From Antedon mediterranea (lineage: Eukaryota; Animalia; Echinodermata): 64,000 bases of DNA. The notes beneath the pieces are model-generated. The model was not told the DNA's origin. It saw nothing but the letters and a program-made list of their open reading frames with translations, and searched no databases. The stretch lies in contig NC_092677.1 of assembly GCF_964355755.1 (NCBI RefSeq), positions 10,500,101 to 10,564,100 of the forward strand. The letters run 5' to 3'. Below, in pieces: positions 24,831-38,200 of the stretch. Every line of letters begins with the position of its first letter. Position 1 is the first letter of the stretch. The position numbers and the translations under genes are program-made.

Positions 24831-26015
24831 CCGAAAAAGGGATACTGTTGTATACACATTTCATGATTCCTAAAAAATGCATAAATTCCATGGCTCAGAT
24901 CAAATGGCACATATAATGATTTTTATAAATCTATTCATTTGTGTAATTATTATTAGCGTCCAACGCGCAAACAGGGCCTATTAGAAAAGTATAAATTATT
25001 TGATATTACGTTTACCACAGCCCTGATATAAAACAAACTCACTTTTGCCTATACTGTTTATTTATTCGTTATTACAATTTCCAAAACATCATAATACATA
25101 CTATCCTAAACTTCCCCAGATTTTATACGAAAAACAATACTTGAAACAATTGTATACCAGTGTTTAGACATAACACCATTATTATAAAAGTTACTTATTA
25201 ACAAACTTGAAAAAATACTATAAAAATACAAACGGGTTTACCATTAGCTATAAATAATAAATTTACACCAATATAAAACAGTAACTTAGATAGTTTACAC
25301 ATGATTTGCCGAAAAATAAACTTGTTTACAGTTTGCTAACATAAAGTTAAAGTTAAAGTTGGGATTTGTTCACCCAATTTAGAGTTGAGTATGTATTTAC
25401 AATGTATAAAACCTATAAAATCTACACTGTATACTTGGAAACTACTACGATCAGGTTCAGGATACTTTCATAGTTTGCTTTACACATACTATTTTGGCAA
25501 TGTGCATCAGATTTCATTACAATTCATTCCACAAAATAGATTAAGAACGTATGCCAATCCACAATCCATGTGAGCCATGCTATGTATAAGCATTACCAAT
25601 AATACAACACAACATCAAAATGCAAGCATAAGTTGCGGCAACATTAAACAAAAATAATTTGTGCATGTTTTCCTTAAAATCAAATAATAATGTAATATGC
25701 ATCAGTTGTGTGTTACTATTTCAAAAGATTATTACCTGGAACACAAAAATTCAATAGAATTTCACAAGAAATAGTCTTATTTCTAAAATTCAAAGAAGCA
25801 TTTTCATTGATTGCTTTTTTAATACGATATTTAATTCCATGTATAATACATTCAGGTAGAAAAAATAGATATCTAAGCTAAGAAAACAGTACTAAATATA
25901 TAATTTACTAGAAGTAAATACAGTAGGGTAAATTATTTCTAGGTTAAACAATAGTAAAAATAATAACTGTTTAATTTTTTTTTTTTGCATAGTAGTTTAA
26001 ATACAATTTTTATTA

Positions 26016-26227
26016 TTACTGAATTAGAGCAACTTCGTCCTTTCGTAACTCTACATCCGTGTTTGGTATTTTACGGGAGATGATTCGATGTATCATAAAT
26101 ACCAAAGCGAATATTACAATAAGAAGAGTGACCATTGCGATAGTCATATACTGGTTCATAAAATGCTGCTCGGACATCAAGCTGTCGTACAACAAGGTAG
26201 AATCATTATCAATCTTCGTAGAAGAAG
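26016..26227 (-). CDS. Terminal exon of the EGF gene: juxtamembrane segment, TM helix, ~25-aa cytoplasmic tail
   Basis: Phase-1 acceptor; translates [70 protein letters not shown]. Confidence 0.82.
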
Positions 26228-29200
26228 CTAGAAATATTTAAACAAAAATGAGTGTTATTATTAAAAGCATCTATGCCGTCTGTGGGCCAAATCTGGATCA
26301 TATCAATTGTATTTACAAAAAAAAACATAGTTTATTCATTTGAATTCATCTGAAAGAAAGGTAAACCAATAAGAACAGTACCTCTTAACCTGTTAATTAA
26401 GTAAAGAAGTTAATATAGTAATCAGATTTGGGGGTTAACCACTTACTTTGCTGGAATATGCACATCAATAACCAAACATTAAAGAGAACACCATAAAGCT
26501 CTTCTATTGGGCCAATTTAACCATGAAGTAAAAAAAAAAATTGCAAAAACATTTTCTTCCTCCATGATCTAGCAGCTAAAGATATAATACGATCATTCCA
26601 TTACTCTAAAGGGGTGTTCATGTCTTACCTGTCATACAGTTAGCTCCACCATATCCTATTTTACAGTGACACATGAAACCAAGCATTCCGGAGGTTGAAA
26701 GAGGTACACAAGTTCCATCATTAGCGCATGGGTTCGGTTCACAGACATCTATCAAAAGATTTAAATTGTCAGCAATGTGTATTACAAATTGAAAACCTGT
26801 GTTGTGTTACTCACATGAATAAACCAAACCATGCCATTTTATCCAAATAAAAAACACATTTGAGGAAAATAGGTTATAGAAGTGATAATTCCACCGCTTT
26901 AATTTATGCTCCTAAATATGGACACAACTTAAAACTCTTTGGTCAATTCCACTGGCAATGAAATCGGAGTGTAACTCAACAAGCATGCTATGCAAAATGC
27001 TAATAGTAATCACTTCGTTTTAAATGATTAAGATGAGGAAATCTGTAAGAATGATATATTATACAGTATAATTATTTTATTTTATTTTTATTTTATCAAA
27101 GCTACATTTGTGCTTCAAAAAATTTGGCATTTATAATGAAATACAAAGTTTAACCTCTGTCCACACTATCAAACTTTATGTGAAAAAAAATGTGATGTGC
27201 CCATATATGGACATAATGATGTCATAAATCTACCTAATTTGGGCATATCTGTACCTAATTTGGACTTATCACTTTTTGTCAAACTAGTTTGATAGTGTAG
27301 ACAGAACTGAATGAGAATAGATTATAGAAAGATAAACTTACAGTCTTCACAAATGGGACCATAGAATCCTAGAGGACATTCACATGTATTTACGTAGCCA
27401 TCAGTATCCAACACACAACGTCCATTGTTTTCACAATGACAATCAGAATCTATCAAGATAGTATAATCAATTTTAACTGAAGAAATGAGCAACACTGCTG
27501 ACACAATTGTGAAATAAAAAGATAATTATAAACGAGAATATTTCTTTTTTGTTGATCCAATAAATACTACAAAAATTTAGTTTGCTTTCTGGTACACATG
27601 TCACCTTGGTGACAATGTCGCAGAAAAAAAACCACAGCGCTCTCAAAAACACTGAGTTGATGTATTGACCACACTGTAACCAATATGTACTTAGGTCAGT
27701 TGAATAGTTGTAATATTCTTGTTGCTTGTGTTTGCAAACATATGTTCCCTAACTCAAAAATGTGTTGTAGATGGAGAAGTATCCTATATATTTAAGCTTA
27801 GAGTTTGCGAATTTTCTTTTTTCTGCTTGTACGTTTGTTGATATGGATGATTTTTCCGAAATAAAAGAAATTGAATTTAACGTTGTTAACAAAAAAGAAA
27901 AAATATCTAATATAAAATTAGGATCCAAATGAGATTATTTCAAGATGATTATAAACAATTTTAAACTTAGTTATTTTTAGCTACCATTTTTGCAATAATC
28001 AATGCCAAAAACAATAGAAACACATCCATTGTGTGCCAGCTTTTTTAATGAAAATTAAGTAAATTTAAATTCATTTTGTATTCTTAGTCTGATTATGAAG
28101 TTTTATAATACTTCAAAATGAGAGATTTAAATTCCAATTTTATAAATATATTGTAGTATTCCCTTATTTCAAGGACAGTAGGTTACAGGTTGCCTATGTG
28201 CTTCTCAAACTTGTCCTTAAAGCCGATTTTCCACTAGGCGAATTTGTTCGCGCAAATCGAAAGCGTCATACTATGCACATGCGTATTCGCGTTTCTGTCT
28301 GTCATACTGCCTTCTTCGACGAATTCTAGTTTCTTGGATTTTTCGCTTCAGCGAAATTTACTAGTTCGAATTGTTTCTACTTTTTGCGAAGCGAAACATT
28401 GCGCAACCAATCAGAGCTCAGGAAATGAGCTATGACGCTTTCATGAGCACTCATGCGAATCGAAATGCTCAGCAACCACGCGAGGAACATGAACGTCGCA
28501 GCTATTCACTCATGTACTGGAAAGAGAGTAGGCGATTTATTTCTTTTCGAAACGTTGGATTCGCGCGAACAAATTCGCCTAGTGGAAAATCGGCTTCAAG
28601 CTGTAATCGCACTGCTTGGATAGAAACAGCAAGGATTGGAGCAGCTACCTATGTTTTAAATAAAATTCCATAAACTTACATGTACTATTTACAACATCCC
28701 GTCGTCTTCTACTAGCCATACATATGTATAGTGTTCCAGCATAATAACATGTTTGGCCCTCAGAACAGGGATTACTTGTACATGGATTAGCTGTAAAATA
28801 AAAATCGATAATACATAAGTGTGGCTGGAATAACATGACTGTATCTGGATTTTTAAAGAAAAATGATAAACATTAAAGTCCTATAATTTTTTGTAAATGC
28901 ATCATCACTGCATTTATTTATTTATTCCTTTGAGTAGTGTATAATGGTATTAAAGTGTTTTTAAGAATAGAGAAGCATACAAGAGAGTACTGTATGTTGA
29001 AAAACTGGGTCTTATTGGGATGCAACAAAAAGCACATACTGTACAACACATGTGCAATGCAATTTTATTGTAGACATAAACATAATTATGTTTACTCTTC
29101 TGTTGCTCTAATAGTCAATGATAACAATTCACAAATTGAAAAGCCACAAAGCCTATAAATATATGTAGACATTTCAGTTCTGTTGAGCATGTGTGTCAAA

Positions 29201-32200
29201 AGCAAATATTAAAAAACTTCCTTACGATTTTCACAATTAGTTCCAACGTAACCAGATACACATACACAGTTAAAACCAGAACCAGCTACATTACAAGTTC
29301 CACCATTCTGACATGGATTAGACTGACAAGCATTTGCTGTAAATAATAATACATGACAAAAACCAATTAGGTTATATTTAAATAATCAGGAATGACATAA
29401 GGCACGATACATGCACAATCTTAGACGTATGCGCAATGAAATGTACAACGCAAGACACATTAACAATGATAGACATAAGAGTAACGCAAATGCAATGCTA
29501 GACGTATGTGCAACTCGGAACGCATGTATATTAACATTTTAGCAGCACCATCAGTGGGCTAGAGTGTATGTTACTGACACTAGAGTATTATATTTTGTAG
29601 TGTTAGTACCCTAGTGCTTGTTTCCCACTAGGATGCAATACTCAGCACATTAAGCTCTGTCTACATTATCAAACTAGTTTGACAAAAAAGGTGTGATGTG
29701 CCCAAATATGGTAGTGATATTACATTATCAAGTCCATATATGAGCACATCACATATTTTTTGTTCCGTAAAATTTGATAGTGTAGACAGAGGTTAAGATA
29801 TGTAGGACTCAAATTTATGACCTTTTCATAGACCTCAAAGCTTGTACTTATGAATACTGTATTCACCAATCTAAAAAACCCAATTACAGTATGAGCTGAT
29901 GATTGTATTGGTGAAAATTATATTATATAACTATATTTGGGCACATCCTACTTTTTTTGTTAAATAAATAATTTATATTTAATAATTTTATATTTTGTCA
30001 CAGGGCTTTCAAGATTATATAGTTCTAAGCTGGACTGGATCTCAATGGAAATACAAAATAAAATAAGCAAAAAGCTAAATCAAAACGATAAAGTAAAACA
30101 ACCCGAAAAATTTGCAGAGCTTTCGGATAAGTACACTAGCCCTTCATCAGTGCAAGTGAGAGTACAGAGTACAGAGAAAGAATTTACAATATAAAGCAGA
30201 CAAACACTGCCTGAGTGGACTGGTTTAGGAGCAGAAAACAATGAGGACAGCTCACAACAACAACAACAATTTAACAATTTAGGAATGAAACTAAAAACAA
30301 TGGTAAACCAAAACAACTCAAATGGTGGTTAATATTGAAACTTAACTTGGAATAATTTTATCGATTTGTATGTTCCTAATGTTAAGTCCATATACGGTAT
30401 ATAGAGTAGACATATTCTGTCAAAAAAAAAAAAAACAAAATGACTAACTTGTTGTTGGTGTTTGACAAGTAGTTCCACTGAAACCAGTTGTACATTGGCA
30501 AGTAAAACTAGAACCACTTGAAATACAAACTCCACTGTTCAGGCATGGGTTAGGTTGACAAGCATTGGCTGTAAATAATAATAATAATAATAATAGAGAA
30601 ATTTAAAAAAAATCATTAAAAATAACATTTCTGAAAATGGTTTCATGATCTGATCTGAGATTTTAGTATTAACAATTCCACATATATTTATGCTATTTAA
30701 AAATAAAAATTCATTAATCGTAGCTACCTAATACGGGTAGATGTTATGCTCTACTCTACAGTCTTTGGTGTCAAATTTACAATTAAAACGTCCATTCTGA
30801 ACATGTGTGTCAAAACATTAACACAAACATAAACATTTGTCGTATTCGATTTAGACTTCCACCGTTGAGTACAGTTTTTCCGTTGAGTACTTCTTTAACG
30901 GAGTATTTTGAGCGTTGAGATTGTTCTTAACGAAAAAGCTTTCGTTGTCAACGTTTTCTATTCGAATGACTTTCTGTTGAGCACAAATTTACAATTCGAA
31001 TACAAAAAGTACTCAACGAATCTTTACGTTGACAACGAAAGTTCCCAATCGAATACGACAATTAATGACTTTCTTACTTGCTGTTTGACAAGTAGTTCCA
31101 CTGAAACCAGTTGTACATGTACAGAAAAAACTTGCACCGCTTAAATTACAAACTCCACTGTTCTGGCATGGGTTAGGTTGACAAGCATTGGCTGTAATTA
31201 ATAATAATAGAGAAATAATAAAAAAAAATCATTAAAAATAACATTTCTGAAAATGGTTTCATGATCTGATCTGAGTATTAACAAATCCACTTATATTTAT
31301 GCTATTTAAAAAATAAATATTCATTAATCGTAGCTACCTAATACGGGTAGATGTTATGTTCTATCTCAGTCTTTGGTGTCAAATTTACAATTAAAACGTC
31401 TATTCTGAACAATAGACAAAAACAAAAACATTATCACAAACATAAAACATTAATGACTTACTTGTTGATGTTTGACAAGTAGTTCCACTGAAACCAGTTG
31501 TACATGTACAGAAAAAACTTGCACCGCTTAAATTACAAACTCCACTGTTCTGGCATGGGTTAGGTTGACAAGCATTGGCTGTAATTAATAATAATAGAGA
31601 AATAATAAAAAAAAATCATTAAAAATAACATTTCTGAAAATGGTTTCATGATCTGATCTGAGTATTAACAATTCCACTTATATTTATGCTATTTAAAAAA
31701 TAAATATTCATTAATCGTAGCTACCTAATACGGGTAGATGTTATGTTCTATCTCAGTCTTTGGTGTCAAATTTACAATTAAAACGTCTATTCTGAACAAT
31801 AGACAAAAACAAAAACATTATCACAAACATAAAACATTAATGACTTACTTGTTGATGTTTGACAAGTAGTTCCACTGAAACCAGTTGTACATGTACAGAA
31901 AAAACTTGCACCGCTTAAATTACAAACTCCATTGTTCTGGCATGGGTTAGGTTGACAAGCATTGGCTGTACCAGTACCTGCAATAAAAATAACAATAATA
32001 GGAACAATGGGCTTATAATAACAATAATAACATAATTTACAGAATAGAATTATTTTTTATCATAACTATTTATTAATTATAATTTTTTAAATCAACGAAA
32101 GAGATAACATCGTATTAGCAGTCTTGGAACAATGACTGGATTTGAACCAGAGACCCTAGGATTGATTGATAAAAAAGCCCATATATGAACATGATGATGT

Positions 32201-35200
32201 CATATCACTACCATAGTTGGACATATCACTACCATATTTGGGCACATTTGTTTTGTCAAACTAGTTTGATAGTGTAGACAGAGCTTTACAATGATACATA
32301 ATTCAAGCTGGTTTTATTGCATTAAATGCATATTTGATACACATACCTGTTTCACAATTTGTTCCAGAAAATCCAGAGATACATGCACAAGTGTATGAGT
32401 TTCCAGATGCCATGCATGTTCCACCATTTTGGCATGGGTTGGTGGCACAAGGATCTGTGGCTGCAGAAACAATTAGAAAGTTACTCATTATTATAGTGTT
32501 GTATATTTGGGACTGCTCCATAATCTCTTTGCTTTCTTCCTTATATATTTACTCTCATCTATATATAAATTTACGTAAGGGCAAAATTCGGTAAATCGCG
32601 CCTTACTTCTAGAATTTTCACTCGATGGTATGTAAAGTTGGTTCGTACTTTCGGTACTGATTTTAACCGCCTGATGTAACCCTGTTTACTAATTAAATTG
32701 AGTTAGATAATTAGTTATTGACGATTAAAACGAATTTAGGTTCAACGATTTGCCCCAAATAGGGGTGTTTTCCGATCGTGGTATACACTGTCTAATGGAT
32801 GTCCATCTTGAAAAATACCCGCCAAAAAAATGCGAGAAGGCTTCGCATTTTTCTATCTCCTCCTACGATAATTGTTTTTAATAGCTGAAAACCGGTTGAA
32901 CAGCTAGAGTACACCATCATAATGTTGAAGACAGGCCGATTTTCTTTAAAAAATACTATTTTGATAGATTTAATATACGATTATACAAATTTATTGATTT
33001 GCGATGAATGGAACATCCCAATCTCTCAGTCTGCCAGAGTTTGGTTTAACACAAGTACTGTAGGTAAATTTATGAGCCCTTGGTTTAACACATACGGTAG
33101 GTAAATATATGGGCCCTTTGAGAATAAACTTGCAATACTTTGACAATACTGTAAATACCTATTAACTATTTTTCATTTGAATCGAACATTTCTTACTGTG
33201 AATGTTCGTACTGTTAGATGTAATATAAAAATATATACAAATAAACTTTATTACTGAGACTGTGGATAGGCTCTACTGTTAGATATACAAATAAACTTTA
33301 TACTGACAGTTCCTTCTCAACGTTTGTATTAATTAATAATTACCAAAAATATAAACGTCGTAGTGGTGTATCGTGACATGTACTTTAATATTTCAATCGA
33401 TTATGACAGTGACAGTTTTAACAAAGTATTAAATCGCAAATGTTTTAGGCCTACTGTATTTAGAGGTATATTATTTATAGGCCTATAAAACATGAACAAA
33501 ATATTTCGTTACTCAGTGGATAAAGAATATATTTAAAAATTGTTCCTCTTTGTACCTATCCGCTTTCCCATCCCTCAACCCTAATGTTACATAGCGAGGA
33601 GGCTTCGCATTTTCCTATCTCCTCCTACGATAATTGTTTTTAATAGCTGAAAACCGGTTGAACAGCTAGAGTACACCATCATAATGTTGAAGACAGGCCG
33701 ATTTTCTTTAAAAAATACTATTTTGATAGATTGCTAGAGTACACCATCATAATGTTGAAGAAAGGCCAATTTTCTTTAAAAAATACTATTTTGATAGATT
33801 TAATATACGATTATACAAATGTATTGATTTGCGATGAATGGAACATCCCAATCTCTCAGTCTGCCAGAGTTTGGTTTAACACAAGTACTGTAGGTAAATT
33901 TATGAGCCCTTGGTTTAACACATACGGTAGGTAAATATATGGGCCCTTTGAGAATAAACTTGCAATGGGTTCGGAAAATGTTAAAAACCAATTTCTATTA
34001 TTTGAATCGGTAAACAGTTTCCATTTATTATACATTGATAATGAAACATGAAATATTCCTATTTATGTCCCTCGAGGTTCATTACAATTTATATTTAGTA
34101 GTCCCACGGACTTCATCTTAGCCACTCCCCCCGAGTGCTAAGGCCAAATTTATGATACCCTACTTTCTATGTAAACAGCTTGATTACATCATTTTACAGA
34201 CAAACGAAACTTTTTTAAACCTACTGTTTCAATAAATGAGTATAATACTGTATACGTTTTCATAAGTAAGTGCATATACATTTTCGTGTTTTCATTGACG
34301 AGATTGTAATAGTAACTTCAGTAACTATTACAGTACTTATTTATTATACGACACAAGACAATTGTATCTGACAGGTACGTACATTATTCTAAAAAATAAG
34401 TCTAGATAGATCCCTTAGGCGTCATAAATCACAGGCCAACAAATCAGTACTCATGACAGAAATTCGACCCAGTTTGGTTCACACAAATGTTTACAGGAAT
34501 TTCAACACCACAACCGATGATTTGCCCTAAATATTTAGGTAGACTACAGTTTAATTTTTCACTGAATAGGAGCTTGCATTTCCGATTTCCATTTCGCAGA
34601 ATGTCTAGGTCTATTTATTTAGTTTGGTTCTTATAATATATAAATACAATCAACTTTATTACTGCGGTTCCATCACCACCACCACGTGCCACCCAATTCC
34701 CGTACATACATTTCCATTTCTCCCTAATTTCTTTAATCCACATAAATTAATTGTCCTTTATGGAATCCAGTATTGGTTTTGTTGTCTCTATTTCTGAATA
34801 CCCCAATTAGGGGGACACTTCCGTTTTTGTTTAGTGTCCCAAAAAAGTCCCCGTCCGTGGATTCTACTGTATTCGAGAACCATCTGTGAGCACCCCTAGA
34901 TGGTACGCGAGCGAAGCGAGCGTGCCATCTAGTAATTAAAATTTATACTAACATTTCGATGATAATAGTTACTAAGAGATATTTATAATCTAATAATGAA
35001 TTTTATCTCATCGCAATTTATACATAAAATTATACAAACATAATACCATAACCTCAAAAAGAAGCCAATGGACTGCTTCTTTCAAAAGTAATCTTGGGTT
35101 AAATTACCTTATTTCTTTGATATTCAAATAGTCTATATCTATATCTCAAAAAGAAACCCATACCATCTTAAAAAAAACACACAATGGGCTTTTTTCAAGA

Positions 35201-38200
35201 TTATTTTTGAAGACCAAAGAAGAGGCTTCTTTTCAAGGTTTTACGATATCACAAATTATACATCCAAGATTTCATCAAAATGGCAATAAGCAGTTAATGA
35301 AACAAATTGAATGAAATGAAACGTGTAGGCCTACACTTACCCGAGAATGTTTCACAATTTGTGCCAATGTAAAAGTCTGGACAGGTACACGTGTAAATAG
35401 TACCAGAAACCACACATTGTCCGCCATTCTGACATGGTGAACTATCACAAGGTCCTGTTGTTCCTATGAAGGCTATCAACATATAAAAGAATAAATTTAA
35501 GATTCTATAATTGTAATATTGTTTAAAAAAGCTAAACTTCACAATGGACATGTTCATATAAAATATTGTGACTTAGTTATCATTATTATAAGGTTAGCAA
35601 GATAAAGATAAACTATTCATATATATTTATTATCCTTTTATTTTGTTGCATAAAAGCTGAACCAATAAGGTTGTGTGCAATAGTAAATCCAATGCAGTTT
35701 GGTTAAATCTATGTTATGAATTAGTTAATCATGTTTAAACTATGTTTCTATCACCAGAACCATGGAGCGAGTAAGGCTCGAACCCTTGCTGATGTTAATG
35801 GCAGGGTATTACCGTTCCACTATCTAACCGTTTGTCCAGCTTTTTTTACATTTTTCCAAATGTGATATTTGATATTTATTTTATTTTTTTTACAATATGG
35901 TAAACCTGTTTAAAGGGTAAACAAATTAACCACAGAGGCTATGCCGGGAAGCTAAGTAATTCAGATAGGCTGCGGAGTAGAACAGTTATAGATGACATGG
36001 ACTACAGGTTGATTTTCGAATGCGGGTCAGTCAGTAACAATAACAATAAATAATGATCAGGTGTTTATGATATACAGTATCTATGGTGAAAACATAAGAT
36101 TACTTACTTTGACAATTGGTACCAGAGTAGGAAGATGTACAACTACATGTATAAGAATTGGTGTTGCCAATCACATTACAGGTACCACCATTTGAACATG
36201 GATTAGTAGCACATGCATTAGCTACAAAAAGAAAGTAAATAAAGTAATTAATGAGACATTTTGATTTTCCTGATTATGGTAATGACAATGTACTACCTCT
36301 ATTAAGGGGACACCTTCGGGGACCAACAAAGAACAGAGGTGCACATCTTGAATAGATCCGTAGTGTTAAAACATATCTCCTTGTTTGCTTTAAAAGGGTT
36401 GTCACCTTAATAGGGGTGTATTAAAGGAAAAGGCTCTTATCATAGGCCTATTACACAACAGACTTCCACAATCCAACCTACATCATTTCATTTCATCAGT
36501 GTTAGTGTAAATTTTAAGATATTGTAGGTTATTTTTGTGGAAGTTGCTTTTGTTAATTTTCTGGTGAAATTTTTTTCTCTTTTTGTTTTGTATGATTTGT
36601 ATATGGATGTACTATTCCAAATAAAGGAAATGATTAAATGAATATACTGTATAGCTTCCGGTGATGCTACCAAGAACCGCCAGCAAATGTTCCATATAAT
36701 GACCACCTAGTGTGACAACAATCCCAATAATCATGATTTTAAACCGTTGATGTTTTTCTGGGATGGGGTTGTACTGCTTACATAAAATACCCCAAGGTTT
36801 GGAATCAAAAATAAATGCTGTTGTTAATCTACACTTACAAGTAACTTCACAATTGTGGCCAAAGTATGGGCTGACACAATCGCAGAAATAATCAGTTCGT
36901 GATTCGTAACTATGATAACAGTTTTGACACGTCCCACCATTAGCACATGTTGATCTTGATGCAAACGTACATACATCATATGTTGTCTGTAATGCTGCCA
37001 AAAGAAATAATTAATTTAATCATTAGTCATAAATAAGTGTATATTCTAAAAATGTAGGTAGGATAAACATAGCAAAATATTGTCTATTCTATTTAAAAAA
37101 ATGTTTCCTGATGTACGCTATAAATATGTTTGAAAATATGAATACAATATTTTTGTCTTCTCTAAAAAATGTGATGCATTATTTGTGGAGTAGAGTGGAA
37201 TATATGATTCTATTTTAGCTAATATTTGACCATTCTAATTATGAAGAGTTAAATTATGGTAGTGGAGCCATAGTTTGGTGGTTAACATGCTTGTCTTTCA
37301 ATCTAAAGATCTGGCAATAAATGACTTAGTTCCAGGGTTGTTTCTATTCCACTCACTGAGCCTCAAATGATACTTAGTTTATTATAAACACTATATAGTT
37401 TATCCATCCGATAATTGTTACTTTCTATTGGATGCATATGGAAACAAAATTGTATCTACAGTAACTAGACCAACATTAATGTAAACATACCGGACGTTGC
37501 CAAAAATGTGTCACAGTTTGGTCCTGAATAGCCAGAAGCACACACACACGTGTACTGGTTGACATATGGATTGAAGGAGCCAGTGTCACTGCGATAGCTG
37601 TTATAGCAAGTACCTCCATTGGAGCATGTAGTTGTAGTACAAGCCTCATAACTTGGTATAAATACTACAAGTATAGAAAACAAATTAAAATGTCAAATAA
37701 TGTAAATGAATGTATTTCATTTCATTTATTCATGGTGAAACACGGTAAAATACAGTACATGGTTGAAATTACAAAAATGAGGTAAATTAGGAAAAAAAAA
37801 AACAGTTCAATGTGAACAAACTGCAAACAAAAATTTTTCTTAGCCAGTTGTATAAATATTTGAGCGGAAACTTTCTAGTGAAAACAAATTAGAGGCAATA
37901 CAGTATATGTTTTAATATATGGCCAACCCTTGTTAAATATGGTGGTGATATACGCAAATATGGTAGTGATGTGACATCATCATGTCCATATATGGGCACA
38001 TCACATTTTTTGTCACATAAATGTTGATAGTGTAGAAAAGGCTTTATACATATTGAGTGTGGGTATAAAAAAAGACTAATTCGCCTCTTGAGATGCTAGA
38101 AAACAGTTAACATTAAACCTATACAATATATTCTAGTGAGTATGAGGTGATATTCAATCTTAATGACATACCTGTTTGGCTTCCACAGTTAACACCAACA

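Noticed and set aside
23239-24910. ORFs of the MSCRRNVLSAK / TFRRQDISPT type
   Set aside because: Translations of 15-16-bp minisatellite TIR arms, not genes.
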